A DNA stretch of 64,000 nucleotides from Candidatus Eiseniibacteriota bacterium (lineage in GTDB: Bacteria > Eisenbacteria > RBG-16-71-46 > CAZEPH01). The stretch spans positions 45,873 to 109,872 of the forward strand of contig JBGATO010000002.1 in the NCBI GenBank assembly GCA_044229145.1, written 5' to 3'. Each line of letters starts with the position of its first letter. Within the stretch, counting starts at the first letter, position 1. The notes beneath the pieces were generated by a model. That model ran no database searches, was not told where the DNA came from, and saw only the letters and a program-made list of their open reading frames with translations. A program made the position numbers and the translations under genes. Shown here piece after piece: positions 26,857 to 35,801 of the stretch.

Positions 26857-28298
26857 CCGCGACGACGCTGACGCATCACATCGGCGGCACGCGTCGCGCA
26901 CCGGCCTCCGGTGCCTACATCGACGACATCGGCCCGGCCACCGGCGAAGTCATCGCGCGCGTGCCACGCGGCGATGAGGTCGATGTCGACGCCGCGGTGG
27001 GCGCCGCACACGACGCGCTGCGCGGCGCGTGGGGCCGCGCGACGCGCCACGAGCGCGCCGACCTCTGCGACGCCATCGCCGACGCGATCGAAGCGCGGCT
27101 CGACGAACTCGCCGAACTCGAGTCGCGCGACACCGGCAAGCCGGTCGCACTGGCGCGCAGCCTCGACGTGCCGCGCGCGGTCGCCAACTTCCGCTTCTTC
27201 GCGGGCGCGGTGCGGCACGATGCCACCGGCGCGCACGAGATGGACGGCGCGCTCAACTACACGTTGCGTCGCCCGCTCGGCGTGGTCGGCTTGATCACGC
27301 CGTGGAATCTGCCGCTCTACTTGTTGTCGTGGAAGGTGGCGCCGGCGCTGGCATGCGGCAACGCCGTGGTGGCGAAGCCGAGCGAGCTGACGCCGCTGAC
27401 CGCGAGCGCGCTCGCCGACATCGTGCAGGAGGTCGGCGCGCCGGCCGGTGCGTTCAACTTGGTGCACGGCCTCGGTGGCGAAGCGGGCCAGGCGCTGGTC
27501 GAGCACCCGCGCGTCGCGGCGATCAGCTTCACCGGCGGCACCGCGACCGGCGCACACGTCGCGCGCACCGCGGCGCCGCAGTTCAAGAAGCTCTCGCTCG
27601 AACTCGGCGGCAAGAACCCGACGATCGTGTTCGCCGATTGCGATTTCGACGCGACCGTCGAAGGCACTGTCCGTGCGGGATTCCTCAATCAAGGCCAAGT
27701 GTGTCTGTGTGGCTCGCGCATCCTGGTCGAACGACCACTCTACGACCGATACGTCGAAGCGTTGATCGCGCGCGTCGGCGCAATGCGCATCGGCGATCCC
27801 TCGGATCCCGCCACCGAACTCGGCGCGCTGGTGAGCGCGGCGCACCGCGAGAAGGTGGAATCGTACATCGCGCTCGCGAAGGCGGAAGGCGGCACCGTGC
27901 ATGGCGGCGAGCGTCCGTCGTTGCCCGCGCCGTTCGACCGCGGCGCGTTCGTGCGCCCGGCCGTCGTCACCGGACTTGCACCCGAGTGCCGCACCGCGCA
28001 GGAGGAGATCTTCGGCCCGGTGGTCACCGTGCATCCGTTCGACACCGAGGACGAAGCGATCGCGATCGCCAACGGCGTGCGCTACGGTCTCGCCGCCAAC
28101 GTGTGGACGAACGATCTCCGCCGTGCGCATCGCGTCAGTGCGGCACTCGAGACCGGCATGGTGTGGGTCAACACGTGGCTGTTGCGCGATCTGCGCGTGC
28201 CGTTCGGCGGCGTGAAGGACAGCGGCGTCGGCCGCGAAGGCGGCGTGCACTCGCTCGAGTTCTTCACCGAGTCGCGCAACGTCTGCATCAAGTTGTAA
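26853..28298 (+). CDS. NAD(P)-dependent aldehyde dehydrogenase
   Basis: ATG 26853 overlaps the upstream stop (ATGA). ALDH motifs: catalytic Cys in GQVCLCGSRI, GG motif HGLGGEAG, ELGGKNP. Confidence 0.9.
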   Translation: MTATTLTHHIGGTRRAPASGAYIDDIGPATGEVIARVPRGDEVDVDAAVGAAHDALRGAWGRATRHERADLCDAIADAIEARLDELAELESRDTGKPVALARSLDVPRAVANFRFFAGAVRHDATGAHEMDGALNYTLRRPLGVVGLITPWNLPLYLLSWKVAPALACGNAVVAKPSELTPLTASALADIVQEVGAPAGAFNLVHGLGGEAGQALVEHPRVAAISFTGGTATGAHVARTAAPQFKKLSLELGGKNPTIVFADCDFDATVEGTVRAGFLNQGQVCLCGSRILVERPLYDRYVEALIARVGAMRIGDPSDPATELGALVSAAHREKVESYIALAKAEGGTVHGGERPSLPAPFDRGAFVRPAVVTGLAPECRTAQEEIFGPVVTVHPFDTEDEAIAIANGVRYGLAANVWTNDLRRAHRVSAALETGMVWVNTWLLRDLRVPFGGVKDSGVGREGGVHSLEFFTESRNVCIKL

Positions 28299-28301
28299 CC
28301 G

Positions 28302-29858
28302 CTAGCGTGCGACGCGGACGAGGCGCGTCGTGGCGCTGACCGCACTGTCGGTGCCGAGTCGCGCGAAGTAGATCCCCGCCGCCAGGCGGGTGTCGGTCCA
28401 GCGAACGATCCAGGGCGTCGCGGCATCGCGATGCTGCCACCGGCGGACGAGCCGGCCCCGCGCGTCGAGGATCGACAGCACGGCGTCGCGTGCCGGCGAG
28501 GCGATGCGGAATTCCCAGCCGTTCGCGAGCTGCCGGGTCTGCACCACGGGCGGCGCTTCGGTGGGCGCGGAGACATCGGCGGGACCCGCGTAGCGAATGC
28601 GCCGCAGTTCTCCGCTCGGATTGAGGAAGTCGGTGAACAAGAGCAGGTAGTAGATCGCGCCATCGGGCCCAACGTCCACCGACGATAGCAGCCACGGCAA
28701 GTTGGTCACCTTCGCCCAGTTCACCGAATCGGGCTGCCCAGGCTCGCGCGCCACGGTGCCCCACGTGCCGTCGCCGCGATCGCCCAGCATCCGCATCCAC
28801 CGTTGGAATCCGTCGGCGCACACGTAACGGCCTTCGTACGACGCCGGCATCGGGAAGCGCTGGCCGCTGCGTCCGCGGATCACGCCGCCACCGAGCACGG
28901 CGGAGCCAGTCGGCGGATTGTGTGCGTAGACGTAGACGGGAAAGGTGAAGCCCATCGCGGTGTCCGGCTGCACGCACGATTGGCCGTACTGCGTGCGCTG
29001 GAAGCCTTCGAAGTACTCCCATCCGAGATTCAGCCCGCCGCCGGTCACGCGGTCGATCTCCTCCCACGATTGATCGCCGACGTCGGCGATGAACAGTGCG
29101 CCGGTGGCATCGTCCACGTCGAGGCTGAACGGATTGCGCACGCCGAGCAGCCACACCAGACGCGTCCACTCGTTCGCACTTGCGACGAACGGATTCGTCG
29201 CCGGTGTGATCACCGACTTCGCCGGCGGGCCGCCCGGCCCATCGGGCAAACCGCTGACATCGAGACGCAGGATCTTGCCGCGCGGATCCGCCAGTGAGGG
29301 CGACGTGCACTCCAATGCGTCATTGCCCGAGCAGACGTAGAGCATGCCGTCGGTGCCGAAGCGCAGACCGCCGCCGTTGTGGACCGCGTACATGTCCGGC
29401 ATGTCGGCGAGCACGAGGTAACGCGATGCCGGATCGGCCGTCATCACGCCGTTCCCGCTGAAGGCGACATCGCCCTGTAGCGTATAGCGCGCCAGGCGCA
29501 TCGTCTGCGCGCCGGAGAACGTGTAGTAGACGTAGAGATACGGCGCGGCGGGGAAGCGCGGGTCGACGGCGACGCCGAGGAGTCCCTGCTCCCAATCGCC
29601 GTAGCGCACGCTGTCGAGTGTCGCCACTGGCGCGGCGACGAGCGTGTCGCGCACGATCTCTCGCACCTTTCCGCTCGCCGTCTCGGTGATCAGCAGGCGG
29701 CCGTCGGGCAGGAATGCCATGCCCGCAGGGCGGTTCATGCCGCCCCGGGCGAGTGTCTCGTCGAGGAAGCCGGTGGGCAGCAGCACGGTCTGCGCGCGCG
29801 CGGACACCGCAGTGCAGACGAGGACGCAGACGAGGACGACGAGACGTGGGACGCGCAT
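28302..29858 (-). CDS. PQQ/GSDH-like (soluble quinoprotein sugar dehydrogenase family) beta-propeller with C-terminal sorting domain
   Basis: Start MRVPRLVVLVCVLVCTAVSARAQ (cat 29856-29858). Propeller blocks (GLLGVAVDP, LRFGTDGMLYV). C terminus ILDARGRLVRRW...AAGIYFARLGTDSAVSATTRLVRVAR is TIGR04183-like. Confidence 0.8.
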   Translation of the reverse strand: MRVPRLVVLVCVLVCTAVSARAQTVLLPTGFLDETLARGGMNRPAGMAFLPDGRLLITETASGKVREIVRDTLVAAPVATLDSVRYGDWEQGLLGVAVDPRFPAAPYLYVYYTFSGAQTMRLARYTLQGDVAFSGNGVMTADPASRYLVLADMPDMYAVHNGGGLRFGTDGMLYVCSGNDALECTSPSLADPRGKILRLDVSGLPDGPGGPPAKSVITPATNPFVASANEWTRLVWLLGVRNPFSLDVDDATGALFIADVGDQSWEEIDRVTGGGLNLGWEYFEGFQRTQYGQSCVQPDTAMGFTFPVYVYAHNPPTGSAVLGGGVIRGRSGQRFPMPASYEGRYVCADGFQRWMRMLGDRGDGTWGTVAREPGQPDSVNWAKVTNLPWLLSSVDVGPDGAIYYLLLFTDFLNPSGELRRIRYAGPADVSAPTEAPPVVQTRQLANGWEFRIASPARDAVLSILDARGRLVRRWQHRDAATPWIVRWTDTRLAAGIYFARLGTDSAVSATTRLVRVAR

Positions 29859-29953
29859 CGGGAACCCCGGGCAGTGAGGAGGCGGCAGGCGGCGGGAGAG
29901 TCCAAGCGTAGACGACCGCGCCGCGCCGGGGAAGCGGGGAGTGCGTCCGGCGC

Positions 29954-31672
29954 CTAGCGCTCCGGTCGCGCGCCGGACGCTGCGATCGACTCTTCGCCGC
30001 GTGCCACCGCCTCGGCGAGCGTCCCGACGACGTTGTCGAGTCCGATGTCGACGAGCAGCCCCGCCTTCTCCAACGCGAACATGGGTTGCGCGTGGACGCC
30101 GGCGAGCACCAGCAGGGTGCGGTCGCGCCGGCACTGGCGCAACAGTTCGACGATCGCGTGCAGGCCCGAGGCGTCGATCGCCAACACGTCGCGCACCAGA
30201 AGGATCAGCACCTTCGGCTTCTTCTCGATGGCGCGCAGCGCATCGTTGAACTGGCTGACCGCCCCGAAGAACAGCGCACCATGCACCTCGAACACTTCGA
30301 CGCCGCGCGGGATGCGCATGCCGGCGCGGCCGTCGCCCGCGCCCTCGTGCAGCAGACCGGTGACGACACTCGACTGCGAGAGCGTCGCCATCCGCATCAT
30401 GAACAGCAGCGCGGCGAGGACCATGCCGACGCCGAGCGCGGTGGTGAGGTCGACGACGATCGTCAGGGTGAACGTGGCGAGCAGCACACCGACGTCGCTG
30501 CGCGGGCCGCGGAACATGCGCAGGAAACTCCGCCACTCGCTCATGTTGTACGCGACGACGAGCAGGATGCCGCTGAGCGCGGCGATCGGCACGTGGCCGG
30601 CGAGCGGTCCGGCGGCGAGCAGGATGACCAGCAGCACGACCGCGTGGACCATCCCCGCGATCGGCGATGTCGCGCCGTTCTTGATATTCGTCGCGGTGCG
30701 CGCGATGGCGCCGGTCGCCGGAATGCCGCCGAAAACCGGCGACGCGATATTGGCGATGCCTTGCGCGACGAGCTCCGCGTTGGAGCGGTGACGTCCGCCG
30801 GTCATGCCATCCGCGACGACCGCCGACAACAGCGATTCGATGGCCGCGAGCAGCGCGATGGTGAAGGCGACCGGTGCGAGCTGGCGCAGCATCGTCCACG
30901 GCACGTGTGGCAAGCTCGGCGTCGGGAGCGTCGATGGGACGCCGCCGAAGCGCTGCGCGATGGTCTCGGCCGGCACGTGGAAGAGCGCGGTGACGAGCGT
31001 GGCGGCGACCACGGCGACGAGCGGACCCGGGACCCGCCGCGACACGCGCGGCCACAGCACCGTGATGAGGAGCGCGCCGGCCGCGACGGCGCACGACGCC
31101 GGCGTCCACGAGCCGAGGGCCCGCGCGTCCGCCGCGAGCTGCCCGAGCACGTCGGCGCCTGCGGCCGCCGGATGCACCCCGAGGAAATCCTTCACCTGCC
31201 CGCCGGCGATGATGACGGCGATTCCCGCCGTGAAGCCGACGGTCAGCGGGTAGGGCACGAACTTGATGACATCGCCCATCCGCGCGATCCCCATGACCAC
31301 GAGGATGACGCCGGCCATGAGCGTCGCGACCGCGAGTCCCGCGTACCCGAACTGGTGCACCGTCGCGGCCACCGTGACGATGAAGGCACCGGTCGGTCCG
31401 CCGATTTGCACCGTGCTCCCGCCGAGCGCGGAGATCAGGAAGCCGGCGACGATCGCCGTGAACAAGCCCTGCTCGGGCTTGACCCCCGAGGCGATGGCGA
31501 AGGCGATGGCGAGCGGCAATGCCACGACACCGACCGTGAGACCCGCCTGGATGTCGCGCACCGCGCGGCCGGCCGAATAGCCGCGCAGCGTGGTGGCGAG
31601 CATCGGGCGCTCGACGTCCCACCAATGGCGGGAGTCTGCTGTGCGCGAAGCGCGGACCGAGGGACCGGACAT
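29954..31672 (-). CDS. SulP-family anion permease with C-terminal STAS domain
   Basis: Start MSGPSVRAS (cat 31670-31672). SulP TM core plus STAS (FEVHGALFFGAVSQF...LVRDVLAIDASGL). Confidence 0.9.
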   Translation of the reverse strand: MSGPSVRASRTADSRHWWDVERPMLATTLRGYSAGRAVRDIQAGLTVGVVALPLAIAFAIASGVKPEQGLFTAIVAGFLISALGGSTVQIGGPTGAFIVTVAATVHQFGYAGLAVATLMAGVILVVMGIARMGDVIKFVPYPLTVGFTAGIAVIIAGGQVKDFLGVHPAAAGADVLGQLAADARALGSWTPASCAVAAGALLITVLWPRVSRRVPGPLVAVVAATLVTALFHVPAETIAQRFGGVPSTLPTPSLPHVPWTMLRQLAPVAFTIALLAAIESLLSAVVADGMTGGRHRSNAELVAQGIANIASPVFGGIPATGAIARTATNIKNGATSPIAGMVHAVVLLVILLAAGPLAGHVPIAALSGILLVVAYNMSEWRSFLRMFRGPRSDVGVLLATFTLTIVVDLTTALGVGMVLAALLFMMRMATLSQSSVVTGLLHEGAGDGRAGMRIPRGVEVFEVHGALFFGAVSQFNDALRAIEKKPKVLILLVRDVLAIDASGLHAIVELLRQCRRDRTLLVLAGVHAQPMFALEKAGLLVDIGLDNVVGTLAEAVARGEESIAASGARPER

Positions 31673-31981
31673 GTCGCCTCCACTCCTACACCTGGAGAGC
31701 GGCGACCGCAAGCACGGGGAGGTGCGCCATTCATCCGTCTGCGCGATACGCGTCACGGTCGCACGGTGCGGCCCACTCGCATCAATGCTCGCTTGTGCAT
31801 GGCGCTGCCGTTTGCCGTGCGGTGCCGTGGCCGGCAACGATGCACGGGTAGCGAGTGGTTGCATCCTCCCTGGCTTCTCCGCACAATTGTCCTCGTCGCC
31901 GCCAACGACTGCCCGCCTGGTGCGACAGAGTTCGCGTCCCTGCTCCCCCAGCCCCTCTCTCATTCCGGAGGATGCGATTCC

Positions 31982-34780
31982 ATGCGCTCGACGTCCTGCG
32001 CACCGCGTCTCGTGACGTGGTGCCTCCCTCTGCTTGCCCTCGTCCCCCTCGCCTCCGCGAGCGGGGCTACACGCACCGGTTCCGTCCCTCGTGCCGCAAT
32101 CTCGCGCGATCCCGACAATCGCCTGGCGGCCAGCCGCGTGTGGCGCGGTTTTCCAGGCGCCACGGTGGCCGCCGGCGACATCGCCGCGTCTGCCACCGAC
32201 GGGTCGATGTCGACCGCCGTCACGATGCCGGCCGGCGAAGCGCTCGAATTCCAGTTCATCGGCGCCCCCCGCTGGCTCAGCGAGATCACGGTGCAGACGG
32301 ATGCGCCCCTGTGGCGGGTGGACGTGCGCGGACTCGACGGCCAGTGGACGACGTTCGGCGCTGGCTCCTCGCACGGTGTCGAGCAGCCGGTGACGTTGAC
32401 GGGCGAGGCGGTGCAGGCAGTCGGAGTGCGCTTCGTGCCCGCCGCCGCAGCACCGTCGGCTCCGGCCGTGCGGCTGGCGGAGATCGCCGCGCACTTCCGG
32501 TATCACGATCCCGATGACGCCGGCCGTGCCGCAGCGGGTAACACCTATCACTCAGATTGGGTGAATCACTATTCCGGCGACACCAACGACCTGAGCAAAT
32601 GCGACGACGACTCGCGTGATCTGCGCGACGCCCTGCAGAACCACAGTTGGACGACGTGGGAACACACCGAGACGAACGCGCACGAAGCGCACTTCAAGTC
32701 GACCATCATCGGGACAGGCGACAACAACGATCACGCGGACAACGCGGATCTTGCGTACTTCTCCGGCCATGGCTCGAGCGGCACCGTCGATCCGGTGTAT
32801 ACCGGGACCGCGTTGGGCTCGATGCTGTTCGACGACGAAACACACGATGACGCCACGCTGGTGCCGAGCGACATGGACGATTCGTGGGGCAACGGCGAGA
32901 TGGAGTGGCTGATCTCCACGTCCTGCCGCACCCTGCGCGGCGAAGGGCGCCCGTACTGGAAGTGGGGCATGGAAGGCGTGCATCTGCTCTGCGGCTCGGA
33001 ATCGTCGATCGCCGACCAGTCGTATGGAGACGTTCTCGGCGACGAGTTGATCGACAACGGCATCTTCGACAGCCCGATCACCGTGAAGCAGGCGTGGTTC
33101 GACGCGATGGAGGAGTGGAACGGCGGGCACGACGTGGCGGTCGTGCAGGGCGAAACATCGGTGATGGGCACCGATTTCATCTGGGGCGAAGGGTCCGTTT
33201 CCGCAGATCCTGTCGTCGACAACACCTCATTCGTCTGGCTCTACGATGTGGGAGCCACTGCGCCGTCGCGCGGCCAGCTCCCGGCGGTGCCGCGCCTGCA
33301 CGATCCCGTGCGAATCCGCGCGGCCGGCCGTGCCGCCTGGACGGTGCGTCTCGAACGTGCCGAACTCGAGCGCCCAGCGGCGGCGCAGATGCCGGTGTGG
33401 AACGTGGTGCCGCGCATGGTCGATTCGGTGTACGTGCGCAACCTGTCCAACCAGGTGTGCGGCGTGTACGGCCAGCTGTGCGCCACCGACATCGGGATCG
33501 GCGCGCCGAATGAATACACCAGTGTCCAGGGGCCCTACCAACTGCGCGTGCGCACCGAGACCGGCGGCCTCTCGCTGACCGACGTGTCGAATTGGATGTC
33601 GGTGCGGGCGATTCCGCCGCAGCTGCTCACCGGACAGGCGGCGCTCACTCAGGCGGATCAAATCCTCACGCAGTTGAATTTCAGGCCGGCGGATGCGACC
33701 GCCACAGGGGTGTCCTACCTCTGGCAGCGCGGCGAGAGCGCCACCGGACCCGGCTCGCTGGCGGCCGGGGACACCAGCTTTGCGATCGCCACGAAGGTGA
33801 CGTTTACGCGGCGGGTCGGCAGCGGCGAAGGCTATCCGGTCTTCGGCCCGGGCGCCTCGATCTCCGTCACCATGGGGCACAATGGGGCGCTTCAGCGGAT
33901 CTTCGGCCGCGGGTGGCGGCAACTGTCGCAGGGTGCCCAGGCGACGATTCTCCCGCTCAGCACACTGCTGCCGTCGCTCTCGGCGCTCGGCAACGGCGCC
34001 TTGCTCGACCCGGTGCGGCAGCCGATCGACAGCCTGGTGATCACCAATTGGGAGCTCGGCTACTTCGAACCGGGATGCCGGGAAGCGGTGAACTCGTTGC
34101 GCCCCACGTACCGGCTGCACTGCATCTGCTACGAAGGCACGACCACGTTCGCCGCGGACTTCTCGATGTACGCGGACGCGCTGCCGCTCAACGCGACCAT
34201 TCTCACGCCCGTGGAGGACTTCACGATTCCGCCGGGCGGCAGTGTCTGCTTCAACGGATCGGCCAACGGCGGCACTTCGCCGTACAGCGCGGAGTGGGTG
34301 CACGACGACGGCGAGATCTTCAGTGGCTGGATGTGGTGCCGCACGCTCGGCATGCCGGCCGACCCGCACTCGAACCAGGACAGCGTCCGCACCATGACGC
34401 TCCGGGTCACCGACAGCCGCGGCGCGGTCGCGGAGGCGAAAGTCCACGTCCGTCTGGCGACGGTGACTGCGGCGGATCTCGGCACGGGCGCCCAGGCCGG
34501 CGACGGCTTCCAATCCGTGCCGTCCGTGCTGCGGGATGGCGCCACGCTCGGCTTCCGGGTGCCGGACGGCGGCGGACGCGGGCCGGTTTCGCTGCGTCTC
34601 GTCGACCCTTCGGGGCGCATCGTGCGGACTCTCTTCGAGGGACACCCGGGCGACGGCGCGACGACTGTCCGCTGGAGCCGGTCGGACGCGACGGGAGGGA
34701 AGCTCGCGGCGGGCGTGTACTGGCTCATTCTCGACGCGCCCGCGCTCCACCAATCGCGGCGCATCATCGTCGTCGACTAA
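31982..34780 (+). CDS. secreted 932-aa protein with putative clan-CD-like peptidase module and C-terminal sorting domain
   Basis: ATG 31982 with GGAGGA RBS. Signal peptide MRSTSCAPRLVTWCLPLLALVPLASASG. His-Gly ... Cys dyad candidates (ADLAYFSGHGSSG ... WLISTSCRTLRGE). C terminus VSLRLVDPSGRIVRTLF...AAGVYWLILDAPALHQSRRIIVVD is TIGR04183-like. Confidence 0.75.
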   Translation: MRSTSCAPRLVTWCLPLLALVPLASASGATRTGSVPRAAISRDPDNRLAASRVWRGFPGATVAAGDIAASATDGSMSTAVTMPAGEALEFQFIGAPRWLSEITVQTDAPLWRVDVRGLDGQWTTFGAGSSHGVEQPVTLTGEAVQAVGVRFVPAAAAPSAPAVRLAEIAAHFRYHDPDDAGRAAAGNTYHSDWVNHYSGDTNDLSKCDDDSRDLRDALQNHSWTTWEHTETNAHEAHFKSTIIGTGDNNDHADNADLAYFSGHGSSGTVDPVYTGTALGSMLFDDETHDDATLVPSDMDDSWGNGEMEWLISTSCRTLRGEGRPYWKWGMEGVHLLCGSESSIADQSYGDVLGDELIDNGIFDSPITVKQAWFDAMEEWNGGHDVAVVQGETSVMGTDFIWGEGSVSADPVVDNTSFVWLYDVGATAPSRGQLPAVPRLHDPVRIRAAGRAAWTVRLERAELERPAAAQMPVWNVVPRMVDSVYVRNLSNQVCGVYGQLCATDIGIGAPNEYTSVQGPYQLRVRTETGGLSLTDVSNWMSVRAIPPQLLTGQAALTQADQILTQLNFRPADATATGVSYLWQRGESATGPGSLAAGDTSFAIATKVTFTRRVGSGEGYPVFGPGASISVTMGHNGALQRIFGRGWRQLSQGAQATILPLSTLLPSLSALGNGALLDPVRQPIDSLVITNWELGYFEPGCREAVNSLRPTYRLHCICYEGTTTFAADFSMYADALPLNATILTPVEDFTIPPGGSVCFNGSANGGTSPYSAEWVHDDGEIFSGWMWCRTLGMPADPHSNQDSVRTMTLRVTDSRGAVAEAKVHVRLATVTAADLGTGAQAGDGFQSVPSVLRDGATLGFRVPDGGGRGPVSLRLVDPSGRIVRTLFEGHPGDGATTVRWSRSDATGGKLAAGVYWLILDAPALHQSRRIIVVD

Positions 34781-34889
34781 GCGGGACGAGATTTACGGCG
34801 GCCCCGCCAGGCTCGGCGCCTGGCGGGGCTGTCTGCTACACTGCCGCGCGATTCGTCCCCGTCTTCGTCGATCCAGGAGAGTCGCCCGC

Positions 34890-35801
34890 ATGTCCGGCCC
34901 CGGTCGCATCGTCGGTGGCGCCATCGCGCCGCATCCGCCGCACCTCGTGTACGCCGAGAACCCACCGCAAAACGAGCCGCGCGCCGAGTGCGGGTGGGAG
35001 ACGCTGCGGTGGGGCTACGAGCGGCTGCGCGCCAACCTCGCCCGCAAGGACTACGATGTCCTGATCGTGCACTCCCCGCACTGGCGCACCGTCGTTGGTC
35101 ATCACTTTCTCGGCGTGCCGCACTTCAGCGGCTTGAGCGTCGATCCAATCTTTCCGAACTTGTTCCGCTATCACTTCGAACTCGACGTCGATGTCGCACT
35201 CGCCGAGGCGATCCACGACGAAGCGCGCGACGCCGGCCTGGTCACGAAGATGATGCGCAATCCGCACTTCCGCATCGACTACGGCACCATCGCCTCGTGC
35301 CACCTGACGAATCCGGCGTGGGACAAGCCGATCGTCGGCATCTCATCGAACGCGGCATTCTTCTATTACTCGAACGAGGTCGGGCAAGAGCAAATGCTGG
35401 CACTCGGCGAGGCGACGCGCCGCGCGGTGGAGAAGTCGGGCAAGCGCGCGATCGTGCTCGCGAGCAATTCGCTCAGTCACCGCCACTTCACGAGCGAGCC
35501 GCCGATTCCGGAGGACATGTCGCACGAGCACATCTACCACCACGGCCAATACCTGTGGGACATGCACGTGCTCGACTTGCTGCGCCGCGGCCGCGCGCGC
35601 GAGTTCCTCGACGAGATGCCGGACTTCACCGATCAAGCCGAGAGCGAGACCAAGGCGGGCTCGACGAGCTGGCTGATCGCGGCGCTCGGGTATCCCGAGT
35701 ATCCGGCGGAGGTGCACGGCTACGGCACGGTGATCGGCACCGGCAACGCGATCGTCGAGTGGGACCCCGAACGCGCCGCGGTCGCGGGAGGTGCGCGATG
35801 A
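34890..35801 (+). CDS. LigB-type (class III) extradiol ring-cleavage dioxygenase, catalytic beta subunit (AmnB-like)
   Basis: ATG 34890. N-terminal GGAIAPHPPHLV and LIVHSPHW retain the metal-ligand/catalytic histidines of the LigB/AmnB family. Confidence 0.8.
   Translation: MSGPGRIVGGAIAPHPPHLVYAENPPQNEPRAECGWETLRWGYERLRANLARKDYDVLIVHSPHWRTVVGHHFLGVPHFSGLSVDPIFPNLFRYHFELDVDVALAEAIHDEARDAGLVTKMMRNPHFRIDYGTIASCHLTNPAWDKPIVGISSNAAFFYYSNEVGQEQMLALGEATRRAVEKSGKRAIVLASNSLSHRHFTSEPPIPEDMSHEHIYHHGQYLWDMHVLDLLRRGRAREFLDEMPDFTDQAESETKAGSTSWLIAALGYPEYPAEVHGYGTVIGTGNAIVEWDPERAAVAGGAR

Noticed and set aside
28302-31625. 1107-aa minus-strand ORF
   Set aside because: Only the last 518 codons (from MRVPRL at 29858) are genuine (GSDH-like protein). 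The upstream part is a wrong-frame read across the SulP gene.
30086-31981. N-terminal ~630 codons of the 1564-aa plus-strand ORF
   Set aside because: Antisense to the SulP permease. The real gene starts at ATG 31982 with a signal peptide and RBS.
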